A stretch of DNA of 39,296 nt from contig JBHHUC010000015.1 in assembly GCA_046861395.1 (NCBI GenBank), positions 1 through 39,296 of the forward strand, given 5' to 3'. Positions 1 through 10,423 of this stretch are shown here, in pieces (the first letter of the stretch is position 1; each line of letters begins with the position of its first letter). Made by a program: the position numbers and the translations under genes. The stretch comes from Fidelibacterota bacterium (GTDB lineage Bacteria > Fidelibacterota > Marinisomatia > Marinisomatales > JABMOV01). The notes under the pieces were generated by a model. The model was not told the DNA's origin. It saw only the letters and a list, made by a program, of their open reading frames with translations, and made no database searches.

Positions 1-2
1 AG

Positions 3-275
3 GGAATGTATAAAATTATCAGAATGGGAAGAAAACCCATTATCGTATTTCGTGAAAAAAATGGAAACGTCAGTGCTCTGGAAGCCACCTGCACCCATCT
101 CGACTGTATCGTGCAGTTTAAGGATGACACAGAACAGATTTGGTGTGCCTGCCATAACGGTATATACGATGTAAAAGGCCGGAATATATCCGGTCCCCCG
201 CCCCGGCCATTAGGCGAATTCCCCGTTGTGATAAAAGATGATGAGATTATTGTTACCAAGAAAGAGGAAGTATAA
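3..275 (+). CDS. Rieske [2Fe-2S] protein of a Rieske/cytochrome b complex (C-terminal part; probably truncated by window edge)
   Basis: CTHLDC and WCACHNGIY boxes plus GPPPRPL motif. The frame is open to the window edge with no TAT/TM anchor visible. The stop overlaps the cytochrome b start. Confidence 0.9.
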   Translation, partial: GMYKIIRMGRKPIIVFREKNGNVSALEATCTHLDCIVQFKDDTEQIWCACHNGIYDVKGRNISGPPPRPLGEFPVVIKDDEIIVTKKEEV

Positions 276-1339
276 TGTCATTATTCAATTGGTTAAACGA
301 AAGATTCGATTTAGACGCGGCCATTAAGTTTGCCAGTAAGAAAAAAGTTCCTCTGTTCTTCGGCACGGTGTGGTATTATTTGGGTGGTATTGCTCTATTC
401 TTATTTTCCATCCAGGTTGTTACCGGGATTCTCCTATTACTTTACTATCAGCCCGGAGCATCCACCGCCTTCGAAAGTGTAAAATTTATCGTGACAAAAG
501 TTGAATTCGGCTGGTTGATCCGGGAAGTTCATGCCTGGTCGGCTAACCTATTCATCTTTTTCGCATTCATACACATGTTTACCGTATTCTTTTCCAAAGC
601 CTACCGGAAACCAAGAGAATTAACCTGGTATAGCGGTTTTCTGCTTTTGGCTTTGGGACTCTTTTTTGGTTTTTCCGGATATTTACTGCCTTGGAATGAG
701 CTGGCCTTCTTTGCAACTAAAGTGGGGACGGACATTGCCGGCGCCATTCCTTTCATCGGAGAATTCCTGCTGCGCCTGTTACGTGCCGGTGACGAAGTAA
801 ACAGTGCAACATTATCCCGTTTTTACGGTATCCATGTTGCCATATTGCCCGCCGTATTTATCGTTTTCTTGGCACTGCATTTAATCCTGATCCAAATTCA
901 GGGAATGAGTTCTCCGCCAGAGCTGGAAAAAATTCCCCCGGAAAAACGTCGCTTTATGCCCTTTTTCCCCAATTTTGCCTTACGGGATCTGATGGTCTGG
1001 CTCATCGTGTTAAATGTCATAGCCTTGTTAGCCGTATTCTTTCCCTGGGAACTAGGTCAGAAAGCCGATTCTCTGGCTTCCGCCCCGGCAGGAATCAGAC
1101 CGGAATGGTATTTCATGTTTATGTTTCAAACATTAAAACTTATTCCTTCTCATGTCCTTTTTATTGAAGGGGAATTATTTGGAATCATCTGTTTCGGCAT
1201 TGGCGGATTGTTATGGTTCCTGGTGCCTTTCTTTGATAAGAAGTCACACTTGAATATCCGGTCGCCTTTCTGGACCTGGTTTGGAATTGGAACCATTATT
1301 TACATGATTATTCTTACCGTCTGGGGGTACCTGGTATGA
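275..1339 (+). CDS. petB: Cytochrome b of Rieske/cytb complex (unsplit b6+subunit IV type)
   Basis: Four heme-ligand His (REVHAWSAN..FIHM; YGIHVAILP..ALHL), GYLLPW and PEWY Qo motifs, multiple TM helices. Confidence 0.95.
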   Translation: MSLFNWLNERFDLDAAIKFASKKKVPLFFGTVWYYLGGIALFLFSIQVVTGILLLLYYQPGASTAFESVKFIVTKVEFGWLIREVHAWSANLFIFFAFIHMFTVFFSKAYRKPRELTWYSGFLLLALGLFFGFSGYLLPWNELAFFATKVGTDIAGAIPFIGEFLLRLLRAGDEVNSATLSRFYGIHVAILPAVFIVFLALHLILIQIQGMSSPPELEKIPPEKRRFMPFFPNFALRDLMVWLIVLNVIALLAVFFPWELGQKADSLASAPAGIRPEWYFMFMFQTLKLIPSHVLFIEGELFGIICFGIGGLLWFLVPFFDKKSHLNIRSPFWTWFGIGTIIYMIILTVWGYLV

Positions 1340-2598
1340 GAACTTTATTTACATCACTACTCTTACTCTTTTTATTCACTGGAACCGGTTATTCGGATCT
1401 TGATCTTGAAAAGGATGCCTGCATCAGTTGTCATTCCGAAATAGATGAAGACCTTGATGTTCCGGTCCTGCCCAACTATTCCGCAGATATCCATGTTGAA
1501 AAAGGCCTGGGCTGTTCTGATTGCCATGGTGGTAATCCCAACGCCTGGGATGATGAAGATAGTGCCATGTGGGACAATGAATCATTCCTGCAGGATATGA
1601 GTAAAGCGGATGAAATCGCAATGTGCGGAAAATGCCATAGCGATCCCGCTTTCATGCGGCAATATACCATGAACTTGAAAACCGACCAGGAAGCACAATA
1701 CTGGACCAGTCATCACGGGGAGAGTCTGAAAGACGGAAATGAGAATGTGGCCACCTGTACCAGCTGCCATTCCGTGCATGGTATTTTACCGGTGGATGAT
1801 CCCCGCTCAACGGTGTACGACCTGAATATTCCCGAAACCTGCGGTACATGCCATTCCGATGAAACCATTATGGCCGGCTCAGGGTTTCCCACCGATCAAT
1901 TGGATGAATACAAAAAGTCTGTCCATGGAAATGCTTTATTGGAGAACCAGGATATTGGTGCACCGGCCTGTAATGATTGTCATGGAAATCACGGTGCTCA
2001 ACCACCGGATGTGGAACACATTTCCGATGTATGCGGGTCCTGTCACTACAATAATATGGACCTTTTCCAGCAATCTCATCTAATGGAAGCGTTTAAGAAG
2101 CGTAACCTGGGACAATGCGAAAGTTGCCATGGGAATCATGCCGTGCTAAAACCTACGGATGAATTTCTGAATTGGGATTCCGATCAGATTGTCTGCGTCA
2201 CATGCCACAAAAATGGTGAAAATGATGTGGATGCCAAGGCGCTGGCAAAGGAATTTTACACGATTATTACGGATATAAAGCACGGAATTGATGAAGCTGA
2301 TTCGTTATTGAAGAATGTTGAAGAAATCGGAATGGAAGTCTCCGAGTATTACTACAACCTGGAAGAAGCCAACCGCGCATTGATCCAAACCCGCACGGGC
2401 ATTCACAGTTTTAATTCGGATTATGTGAAGAAAACAGCCGAACCCGGAATGAAAGAAGTTGAAGCAGCCATTCTGGGAGCAAAAAAAGCCATGAGTGATT
2501 GGATGTTCCGCCGGAAAGGATTATTCGCGTTTTCACTGATCATATCTTTTCTGACTGTTGTGCTATATTTGAAAATTAAAGAAATGGAAAATAAATAA
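1336..2598 (+). CDS. Membrane-anchored multiheme (9 x CxxCH) cytochrome c
   Basis: Signal peptide; CISCH, CSDCH, CGKCH, CTSCH, CGTCH, CNDCH, CGSCH, CESCH, CVTCH; helical C-terminal region and C-terminal TM helix; ATGA overlap with petB. Confidence 0.93.
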   Translation: MRTLFTSLLLLFLFTGTGYSDLDLEKDACISCHSEIDEDLDVPVLPNYSADIHVEKGLGCSDCHGGNPNAWDDEDSAMWDNESFLQDMSKADEIAMCGKCHSDPAFMRQYTMNLKTDQEAQYWTSHHGESLKDGNENVATCTSCHSVHGILPVDDPRSTVYDLNIPETCGTCHSDETIMAGSGFPTDQLDEYKKSVHGNALLENQDIGAPACNDCHGNHGAQPPDVEHISDVCGSCHYNNMDLFQQSHLMEAFKKRNLGQCESCHGNHAVLKPTDEFLNWDSDQIVCVTCHKNGENDVDAKALAKEFYTIITDIKHGIDEADSLLKNVEEIGMEVSEYYYNLEEANRALIQTRTGIHSFNSDYVKKTAEPGMKEVEAAILGAKKAMSDWMFRRKGLFAFSLIISFLTVVLYLKIKEMENK

Positions 2599-2609
2599 TT
2601 CCAAACCTG

Positions 2610-2644
2610 AACGGATGCTTCCTGCAAGGAGGCATCCGTTTTTT
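2610..2644 (+). terminator. Rho-independent terminator between convergent operons
   Basis: aacggatgcttcct-gca-aggaggcatccgtt hairpin followed by a T run, between the cytochrome c stop and the folD stop. Confidence 0.85.
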
Positions 2645-3515
2645 ATATTGTTATTTCAGCGGCTTCCACCGTGTTTTCCACTAGCATTGCAATGGTCATG
2701 GGACCGACTCCTCCCGGAACTGGTGTAATCGCCGACGCCCTTTCCCGGACGGATGCAAAATCAACATCACCAGTCAGGCGGTATCCCCTTTTCGCCTTTT
2801 TATCTTCCACCCGATTAATGCCTACGTCAATCACGACGGCCCCCGGTTTTATATAGTTCTGCTTTACCATTTCGGGACGTCCCACGGCTACCATGAGTAT
2901 GTCGGCCATCCTGGAAATTTCCGGAATGTCAGGCGTTCCCGAATGACATACGGTTGTGGTTGCGTTTTTGTCCGTGGATTTCATGCTGGTGAGGATTGAG
3001 AGGGGTCTTCCCACAATATTGCTACGCCCAATAATAACGACATGCTTCCCTTGAAGTGATATTTTATAATAGGATAGAATTCTCATAACACCTTTTGGTG
3101 TACAGGGAATAAATGCCGGACGGCCCTGGGCTAATAATCCCATATTGACAGGATGAAACCCGTCCACATCCTTTTCAGGATTAATCGCTGCCAGGATACG
3201 ATCCTCGTTCAGATGGTCCGGCAAGGGCAATTGTACCAAAATTCCATGAAATCGCGCATCCTTATTAAGTCTGTCAATCAGTACGATCAGTTCGGATTCA
3301 GGTGTATCTGCGGCTAAATGAAAAGTTTCGGAATATAAATCCAATGCATTGAAACGTTTGGTTTTGCTGCGAACATAAACATTGGATGCAGGGTCATTTC
3401 CTACCAGTACAACAGCCAAACCGGGAATAACACTCTTCAATTTCAACGCAGTTATGCGATCTTTTAGCTGGGAATATACCTCGGTCGCTACTTCAGGCCC
3501 GGAGAGTAATAACAT
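2643..3515 (-). CDS. folD: Bifunctional methylenetetrahydrofolate dehydrogenase/cyclohydrolase
   Basis: GILVQLPLP, KDVDGFHP, PCTPKG and TPVPGGVGPMT motifs. ATG at 3515 with AAGGA RBS preferred over the TTG at 3551. Confidence 0.96.
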   Translation of the reverse strand: MLLLSGPEVATEVYSQLKDRITALKLKSVIPGLAVVLVGNDPASNVYVRSKTKRFNALDLYSETFHLAADTPESELIVLIDRLNKDARFHGILVQLPLPDHLNEDRILAAINPEKDVDGFHPVNMGLLAQGRPAFIPCTPKGVMRILSYYKISLQGKHVVIIGRSNIVGRPLSILTSMKSTDKNATTTVCHSGTPDIPEISRMADILMVAVGRPEMVKQNYIKPGAVVIDVGINRVEDKKAKRGYRLTGDVDFASVRERASAITPVPGGVGPMTIAMLVENTVEAAEITI

Positions 3516-3534
3516 GGGAAAATCCTTATCGGAA

Positions 3535-3825
3535 TCAGAGTGATTCGTCAACCAGATCGATTAAAGAGCCTAGACGGCTGTCCACATCATTCAATACCGT
3601 CTCCTTTTCCTGCTGCAAGGTAAATAGTTCATCGGATATATTCATCGCCGCCAGAATGGCAATGCGTGTGGACGATTGTGATGTAGCTAGGTTGTCCTGG
3701 ACTTCCCTCATTTTACTATCAACAAAGGAAGCAATATCCTTGATATAATTTACGTCCGCCGGTGCTTTGACGGTGTATTCCTGCCCAAAAATAGTTACCC
3801 GGACTAAACTGCTGTGTTCATCCAT
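3535..3825 (-). CDS. zapA: Cell division protein ZapA
   Basis: VRVTIFGQEY...IASFVDSKM...IAILAAMNISDEL signature; typical position after pheT; ATG at 3825 with AAGGA upstream. Confidence 0.9.
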   Translation of the reverse strand: MDEHSSLVRVTIFGQEYTVKAPADVNYIKDIASFVDSKMREVQDNLATSQSSTRIAILAAMNISDELFTLQQEKETVLNDVDSRLGSLIDLVDESL

Positions 3826-4012
3826 TGGTATTTCCTTCAAATTGATCCAATAATTGAATCAGACTTTCAACCCGTGATTCGATTCTCTTGAGCTTATCGG
3901 AGTCCATCCTGGATGACCCTTGATTTACCCCCTGACCTTCGCGGGCATTTTTCAATTCCCGTGCCAGGATTTTAATTTTCGCTTCTAATTCTTCAAAAAG
4001 AGTGATATTCAT
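3818..4012 (-). CDS. Small coiled-coil protein (ZapB-like)
   Basis: FEELEAKIK..L and IESRVESLIQLL heptads; overlaps both pheT and zapA. Confidence 0.7.
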   Translation of the reverse strand: MNITLFEELEAKIKILARELKNAREGQGVNQGSSRMDSDKLKRIESRVESLIQLLDQFEGNTNG

Positions 4013-6399
4013 GCTGAACGTAATTTAGCATGAAATTCCGATGTTACAACATCTATAATTTCATTTATTATTGGATTTACTTCTGACTCTTCAAGTGTCT
4101 TGCTATCGCTGCGAAATTCGAAATTAAAGACGACGCTCTTCTTGCCGGGACCGAGCGATTCATGGCGGAACAGATCCGTGGGTACAATAGATAATAAATA
4201 TCGATATTTCCGGGATTCAATGATACGCATAACTTCACCTGATTGAATGGCTTCATCAAGAATGAAATTCAAATCACGTTTTATCCCGGGATAGGGTATG
4301 ATGGCCTGGTAAACCGGTTTTTCTTCCAGGAATTGCTGCAATTTATCCATGTACAAGGTGAAGCCGACTGCTCCCAACAATTCAATATCCAACTCCCGGC
4401 AATAGACGGGTGAAAAGGTGCCGATTTCACCAACCACCTGATTATCTATAGCGACTGTTTGTCCGTTTTCAAAATATGGAAACAGTTGATCCCTGAATAT
4501 AAAATTCCGTTTTACGACTGATTGGGCGAATTCTTCCAGAATCCCCTTCAGATGAAAATAGTCGAACGGAATGGGGGGTTGAGCCGAATGAACGTTCTTT
4601 TCAAGAAAATTACCGATTGCAATTCCGCTGATATATTGTTCTTCGCATAAGGACGCTGCTCCGGTAGCAGGGCGATAATGAATTTGACCCACTTCAAACA
4701 ATTGATTGGTGTTTTGTCCATTATTCACATTGAATTGAGCGTTCTGAAGCAAGCCGGGATATAATCCGGTGCGCAAAACTGACATCTGTTCTCCCAGCGG
4801 GTTAATGGTTTTAACCGTTTCCTTGCCGGATAATGCGGCAATTCGTTGTGATTGGAGGGAATTATTGAAACATTGATGAAAACCGAATCCCACCAATGAT
4901 TGAATCGTTCGGTCTACTGGTTGCTGGGGGTCGGTCTTAGTACTGGTAAAGATGCTGGTATAACGATTGGGTTCGGGAATTCGGTTATAACCGTATATTC
5001 GAATGACTTCCTCGATGGCATCTATTTCACGTTCCAGATCAGGCCGATAGGTCGGCGCAGTACAGGTCCAGGATCCGGAATCATTTTCCGTAAAAGTAAT
5101 TCCCAGAGCTAAGAAAGTTTCCTGTATCGACTTTTGGTCAAAATCAATTCCAGCGATGGCGTTTAAGCGCTTCAACCGAAATGGAAAGGTGGCCGGTTTC
5201 ACTTTTCGGGGATATGCATCCACGATGGAAGATGTCAGTTTTCCCCCGGCATAAAGCTGTAATAATTCTACGATACGCCGGAAGGCCGTCATGGCACCTT
5301 CCGGATCCGCCCCCCTTTCGAAACGCCGCGATGCTTCCGTCAACATGCCCAGTGATTTTGACCCTTTCCTGATGGTGATGGGGTCAAAGTAGGCGCTTTC
5401 AATCAATACCGTTGTGGTATCGTCCTGAACAGCGGTGTTGGCGCCCCCCATGATCCCGGCCAGAGCAATCGATTGCTGGCCATCGGTAATCAGGAGATGT
5501 TCCCGGTTCAGTGTCCGCTTTTCACCATCCAGAGTGACAAACATTTCCTTATCGGCGGCCCGCCGAACCTGGATCGTTTTTGTCGGTATCAGACGGTAAT
5601 CAAAGATATGCGTCGGATGTCCCATTTCCAACAGAACAAAATTGGATATATCAACAACATTATTAATACTGCGTTGTCCGGCCGCCTGCAACAATTCGAC
5701 CATCCAGTCCGGTGACGGTCCAACGCTGACATTGCTGACCACGCCGGCAATGTATCGCGGACAACCCTCCGGGTCATCGATAATGATGTTGACCGAATGT
5801 TCGGTTGAGGTAGGTTTAAATGGAGTTAGATCGGAAAATGGTTTCAGGGGACGGCCTGTTTTAATGGCGATTTCCCGGGCAATCCCGTAATGGGAAAGGG
5901 CGTCGGGTCGGTTGGGTGTAATATCCAGTTCCAGCGTAATTAAGTTTTCACTCAAGTAAGTTGAGAATGGTATGCCGGGTTGAACATCGGCTGGTAATTC
6001 CATGATTCCGCTATGGTCATCGGACAGTTTCAGTTCCCGTTCGGAACATAACATACCAAAACTTTCGATCCCCCTTAATTTGGCTTTATTTATGGCAATG
6101 CCAGTAGGCAAAACAGCACCTGTTTTTGCAAGAAAGACGTTGAGATTGGGGCGGACATTGTTGGCGCCACAGATTACCTGAAATGTTTCGTTGCCATCGG
6201 TAACTTCACATAAATGAAGTTTATCGGCGTTGGGATGTTTCTCAACCGTTTTTACCCTAGCCGTTACAACTTTGGGAATATCTTGCCGGCCGACGGCTAT
6301 TTCTGCCTCAAAGCCGAGCAGGGTTAATAAATCGGTTAATTCCTCCGGCGATTCATCGATGGTAACATATCGTTTTAACCATTTTACCGAAATCAGCAT
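4009..6399 (-). CDS. pheT: Phenylalanine--tRNA ligase beta subunit
   Basis: KHPNADKL, GMLCSEREL, ITPNRPD and RFERG motifs; FDX-ACB C-terminus; follows pheS. Confidence 0.97.
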   Translation of the reverse strand: MLISVKWLKRYVTIDESPEELTDLLTLLGFEAEIAVGRQDIPKVVTARVKTVEKHPNADKLHLCEVTDGNETFQVICGANNVRPNLNVFLAKTGAVLPTGIAINKAKLRGIESFGMLCSERELKLSDDHSGIMELPADVQPGIPFSTYLSENLITLELDITPNRPDALSHYGIAREIAIKTGRPLKPFSDLTPFKPTSTEHSVNIIIDDPEGCPRYIAGVVSNVSVGPSPDWMVELLQAAGQRSINNVVDISNFVLLEMGHPTHIFDYRLIPTKTIQVRRAADKEMFVTLDGEKRTLNREHLLITDGQQSIALAGIMGGANTAVQDDTTTVLIESAYFDPITIRKGSKSLGMLTEASRRFERGADPEGAMTAFRRIVELLQLYAGGKLTSSIVDAYPRKVKPATFPFRLKRLNAIAGIDFDQKSIQETFLALGITFTENDSGSWTCTAPTYRPDLEREIDAIEEVIRIYGYNRIPEPNRYTSIFTSTKTDPQQPVDRTIQSLVGFGFHQCFNNSLQSQRIAALSGKETVKTINPLGEQMSVLRTGLYPGLLQNAQFNVNNGQNTNQLFEVGQIHYRPATGAASLCEEQYISGIAIGNFLEKNVHSAQPPIPFDYFHLKGILEEFAQSVVKRNFIFRDQLFPYFENGQTVAIDNQVVGEIGTFSPVYCRELDIELLGAVGFTLYMDKLQQFLEEKPVYQAIIPYPGIKRDLNFILDEAIQSGEVMRIIESRKYRYLLSIVPTDLFRHESLGPGKKSVVFNFEFRSDSKTLEESEVNPIINEIIDVVTSEFHAKLRSA

Positions 6400-6409
6400 A
6401 CCTGGCGTC

Positions 6410-7402
6410 CTAAAATTGGCTTAAAAAGCGTAAGTCGTTCTGATAGAATAATCTAATATCATTGATGCGATATTTCAGCATGGCAATTCGTTCTACGCCC
6501 ATACCGAAGGCGTAACCCTGCCATTGTTCGGGATCGTAATCCACATTGCTGAACACGGCCGGATCCACCATGCCACAGCCCAGGATTTCCATCCATTGAT
6601 CCCGTTCTTCATTCCAAAGATCTACTTCGGCGCTGGGTTCGGTAAACGGAAAAAAACTGGGACGAAACCGGATTTTGGCCTTCTGTCCGAACATGCGATG
6701 GATAAAATAGGTCAAGGTGGATTTCAACTCCGCAAATGAAACATTGCGATCGACATACAATCCTTCCACCTGATGGAATAAACAATAGCTTTTAAAACTG
6801 ATGGCTTCGTTGCGATAAACCCGTCCTGGGACAATATACCGAATTGGCGGCTGCTCCTCCTCCATCAGATGAATCTGAACATTTGACGTATGAGTTCGTA
6901 ATACAATGTTTTCACTGACAAAAAAAGTATCCTGCATATCCCGGGCGGGATGATGTTTGGGAATATTCAGGGCCTGAAAATTATGATAATCGTCATCAAT
7001 TTCCGGACCGTAGGCTACGGAGAAACCGATATCCCTGAATATTGCTTTTATTTCATCCAGAGTTTGCTGTAACGGATGAACGGAACCGGCGCGAAAAGGG
7101 ACTCCGGGTAAAGAATAATCGGTAATGACAGTATTTGATTGATCTTTTTTCCCAACCGTCAGATTGGCTCTTTCTTCAAACGCTGACGTAAGTTCAGCCC
7201 GAAGTTCATTCAGCAGTTTACCAATCGCTGGTCTTTCCGAGGGATCGGCTTTTCCCAGTTGATTGAATAAACCTGCAATCTTGCCTTTGCGACCCAGGAA
7301 TCGGGCTTTTAATTCATCAATTTCGTGTCTTGTAGTTGGAAACGCCTCGAGGGCGGTCCGAAATTCTTTCCGAACCGCCTCGATTTGCTTATGTATGGAC
7401 AT
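6410..7402 (-). CDS. pheS: Phenylalanine--tRNA ligase alpha subunit
   Basis: HHPARDMQDTF, LRTHTS, FHQVEG, FPFTEPS and AFGMGVERIAM motifs. Confidence 0.98.
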   Translation of the reverse strand: MSIHKQIEAVRKEFRTALEAFPTTRHEIDELKARFLGRKGKIAGLFNQLGKADPSERPAIGKLLNELRAELTSAFEERANLTVGKKDQSNTVITDYSLPGVPFRAGSVHPLQQTLDEIKAIFRDIGFSVAYGPEIDDDYHNFQALNIPKHHPARDMQDTFFVSENIVLRTHTSNVQIHLMEEEQPPIRYIVPGRVYRNEAISFKSYCLFHQVEGLYVDRNVSFAELKSTLTYFIHRMFGQKAKIRFRPSFFPFTEPSAEVDLWNEERDQWMEILGCGMVDPAVFSNVDYDPEQWQGYAFGMGVERIAMLKYRINDIRLFYQNDLRFLSQF

Positions 7403-7404
7403 CG

Positions 7405-7752
7405 TTATTGCTTGACAGAGTTTACCAACTCGGCAAAAGCATTCGGATTGTTCACGGCTAAGTCTGCCAGTACTTTCCGATTGAGTTCGATACCGTTTTG
7501 TTTTAAAGCGGCGATGAATGCAGAATAAGACATACCATGTTCCCGGGTTGCCGCATTAATTCGCAAGATCCAAAGACGCCGGAATTGGCGTTTTCTCTGT
7601 CGTCGGTCACGGTATGCATAGGTACCGGCGCGCCAGACAGAATCCTTGGCAGCCTTGAAATTGCGGCTCCGGGCACCATAGTAGCCTTTGGCCTGCTTTA
7701 CCACCTTACGGTGTCGGCGATGTCGTGGGACTGAACTATTTGCTCTTGGCAT
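7405..7752 (-). CDS. rplT: 50S ribosomal protein L20
   Basis: [42 protein letters not shown]. Confidence 0.98.
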   Translation of the reverse strand: MPRANSSVPRHRRHRKVVKQAKGYYGARSRNFKAAKDSVWRAGTYAYRDRRQRKRQFRRLWILRINAATREHGMSYSAFIAALKQNGIELNRKVLADLAVNNPNAFAELVNSVKQ

Positions 7753-7763
7753 CCGTCCCTCCT

Positions 7764-7958
7764 TTAATCTGCTAACATTTGTCGTACTCGGGATGCTTCG
7801 GAAGCGGAAACCAATCCAGATTGCCGCATGTTACGTTTCGCATCCTTACCACGACGAATGAGCATGTGTCTATGGTTTGCTTTATTACGTCGTAATTTGC
7901 CAGTTCCGGTCAACCGGAAACGTTTAGCAGCACCCCGACGTGTCTTCATCTTTGGCAT
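7764..7958 (-). CDS. rpmI: 50S ribosomal protein L35
   Basis: [21 protein letters not shown]; located between infC and rplT. Confidence 0.97.
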   Translation of the reverse strand: MPKMKTRRGAAKRFRLTGTGKLRRNKANHRHMLIRRGKDAKRNMRQSGLVSASEASRVRQMLAD

Positions 7959-7971
7959 TCATTACTCCTAT

Positions 7972-8484
7972 TTATTTTGCAATGAATATTGTCGACATTG
8001 AGCGTCCTTCCAGGCCATTTTCTTTTTCTATGACGGCGACGTCTTCCAGAATTGCTTTCACGCGGTCCATCAATAAATCGCCTAAATCAAGACGCGACAT
8101 TTCACGGCCACGAAACATGACCGTTACCTTCAGTTTACATCCTTCCTGAAGAAATTTTATTCCCTGATTTAATTTTGTCTCAAGATCATGAACATCAATA
8201 TGGGGCCGGATTCTCACTTCCTTCAATTTTACAACATGTTGCTTTTTCTTACTGGCTTGCTTTTTCTTCTTTGCCTCATATTTGATTTTTCCGTAATCCA
8301 GAATTTTACACACCGGAGGTTTGGCGTTGGGCGCAACTTCCACCAAGTCAAGTCCGGTCTCCCTCGCCGTTTGCAGCGCAGTTTCGATACTGACAATCCC
8401 AACTTGTTCCCCCTTGTGATCAATTAAACGAACTTCCTGTTCCTTTATATTATCATTAATTCGCGGTTTATTCTGCTTTGCGAT
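7972..8484 (-). CDS. infC: Translation initiation factor IF-3 (non-canonical ATC start)
   Basis: RINDNI..EVRLI, LDLVEVAP..KPPVCKILDYGK. An AGGAGG RBS (8497-8492) lies 7 nt upstream of ATC at 8484. Confidence 0.95.
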   Translation of the reverse strand: MAKQNKPRINDNIKEQEVRLIDHKGEQVGIVSIETALQTARETGLDLVEVAPNAKPPVCKILDYGKIKYEAKKKKQASKKKQHVVKLKEVRIRPHIDVHDLETKLNQGIKFLQEGCKLKVTVMFRGREMSRLDLGDLLMDRVKAILEDVAVIEKENGLEGRSMSTIFIAK

Positions 8485-10423
8485 AAGGTAACCTCCTTGT
8501 GTTGATTTCATCTATCAGGTCAGCGGTGAAACTTCCCAGGGGCATGGCACCCAAGTCACCCTGGAAACGGCGTCGGACTGAAACCGTCTTGTTGGCCATT
8601 TCCTTTTCACCAATGATTATCATAACTGGAATTTTTTGCATTTCTGCCTGCCGGATTTTAGCACCGATTTTGTCCGGTCGCATATCCTGTTCGATGCGAA
8701 TTCCCCGGCGGAACAGCGTGTCGACAATTTCCTTGCCATATTCATGCACTTTTTCCGAGACGGGCAGAACAATCACCTGCCTTGGTGCCAGCCACAAGGG
8801 CATATCTCCGGCAAAATGCTCAATCAAGAATCCTATGAAACGTTCATGTGTGCTCAGTGGAGCACGATGGATACAAAGGGGCGTCTCTTCACTACCATTA
8901 GGTGCCGTATAGGTCAGGCCGAAACGTTCCGGAATGGCGAAATCAACCTGGTTGGTCGCCAGCGTAAATTCCTTTCCGATGGCACTCCAAACCTGAACAT
9001 CAATTTTCGGCCCATAGAAAGCAGCTTCACCGGGAATTTCAGTATAGTGAAACCCACCCTTGTCCAAGGCCTCACGAACCCAGTTTTCCGTTTCCAGCCA
9101 TAGTTTTGGTTCATTCACATACTTTTTACCCAGACCCGCATCGTCATGCAGACTGAGTCGCATCATGTATTTTTCAATGCCGAAAATTTCGAAATATTTC
9201 AAATAGAGTTGACAGACAGCAAGGAATTCTTCCTGAAACTGTTCCTTGGTACAATAAATATGGGCATCATTCATTTGCATACTGCGAACCCGCATCAGTC
9301 CGAATAATTGACCGGATTTTTCATAGCGATAACAGGTGCCGTATTCGGCCAGACGCAGCGGCAAATCGCGATAACTGCGAGGAACGGAGGCATATATTTT
9401 ATGATGATGGGGACAATTCATCGGCTTGACATAGTAATCCACACCATCGATGGCCATGGCCGGATACATGGAATTCTTATAGTGAGACAAATGACCGGAT
9501 TTTTCATACAGGACACCCTTCGTAAGATGGGGTGTCCTTACGCGAAAGTAGCCTGCTTCCCGCTCCACTTCCTTGGCCAGGTTTTCCAACTCTTCAATGA
9601 TAACGGTACCGCTGGGCAACCAGAGTGGCAAACCAGGCCCCACTTCATCATCAAACGTAAAAATCTCCAATTCCTTACCCAGTTTACGATGGTCTCGTTT
9701 TTTGGCCTCCTCCAGCATATGCAGATATTTCTTGAGCGCCTTTTTGGAAGCAAAGACGGTTCCGTATATCCGTTGCAGCATTTTATTATTTTCATCACCA
9801 CGCCAGTATGCTCCGGAAGAATTCAACAATCTAAAATATTTGATTTTTCCCGTAGTGGGTACGTGGGGACCGCGACATAAATCAATAAAGTCGGACTGCT
9901 GATAGGCTGACAGGGTTTCATCTTCGGCGATGTCGCGGATAATCTCAACCTTATATGATTCTCCCATGGACTCAAACAGCGCGATGGCCTCATCCCGGCT
10001 CAATTCTTTCCGCACGACAGACTGGTTCTTTTTCGCCAATTCGTGCATTTTATCCTCGATGCGCTGTAAATCTTCATCGGTAAAAGTTTCTTCTATATCG
10101 AAATCATAATAAAACCGATTTTCAATCGCCGGTCCTATTGTTACCTGAGCATTAGGATATAATTCTTTTACAGCCTGGGCCATTAAATGAGCCGTACTGT
10201 GTAAAAGGACGTGATGGCCTTCTTTCGTCTCACCGGAGAATAATTCAATCTTGGCATCATTCTCAATTGGAAATGAGAGATCCCGCAATTCACCGTTTAC
10301 TTTACTGACAATCACATTGTCAGCGAATCGAGGTGAGATGGATTCGGCAATTTCCAGGGGAGTAGTACCCGCCGGGAATTGTTTTTGGTCACCGTTTGGG
10401 AATGTAATGGAAATAGTTTTCAT
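8468..10423 (-). CDS. thrS: Threonine--tRNA ligase
   Basis: TGS domain, HSTAHLMAQA, DLCRGPHV, KPMNCPHH, AAFYGPKID and anticodon-binding domain. Confidence 0.98.
   Translation of the reverse strand: MKTISITFPNGDQKQFPAGTTPLEIAESISPRFADNVIVSKVNGELRDLSFPIENDAKIELFSGETKEGHHVLLHSTAHLMAQAVKELYPNAQVTIGPAIENRFYYDFDIEETFTDEDLQRIEDKMHELAKKNQSVVRKELSRDEAIALFESMGESYKVEIIRDIAEDETLSAYQQSDFIDLCRGPHVPTTGKIKYFRLLNSSGAYWRGDENNKMLQRIYGTVFASKKALKKYLHMLEEAKKRDHRKLGKELEIFTFDDEVGPGLPLWLPSGTVIIEELENLAKEVEREAGYFRVRTPHLTKGVLYEKSGHLSHYKNSMYPAMAIDGVDYYVKPMNCPHHHKIYASVPRSYRDLPLRLAEYGTCYRYEKSGQLFGLMRVRSMQMNDAHIYCTKEQFQEEFLAVCQLYLKYFEIFGIEKYMMRLSLHDDAGLGKKYVNEPKLWLETENWVREALDKGGFHYTEIPGEAAFYGPKIDVQVWSAIGKEFTLATNQVDFAIPERFGLTYTAPNGSEETPLCIHRAPLSTHERFIGFLIEHFAGDMPLWLAPRQVIVLPVSEKVHEYGKEIVDTLFRRGIRIEQDMRPDKIGAKIRQAEMQKIPVMIIIGEKEMANKTVSVRRRFQGDLGAMPLGSFTADLIDEINTRRLPYRKAE

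Noticed and set aside
3515..3540. 6S RNA or rny, often found downstream of zapA
   Set aside because: zapA is followed within about 20 nt by folD, leaving no room and no matching sequence.
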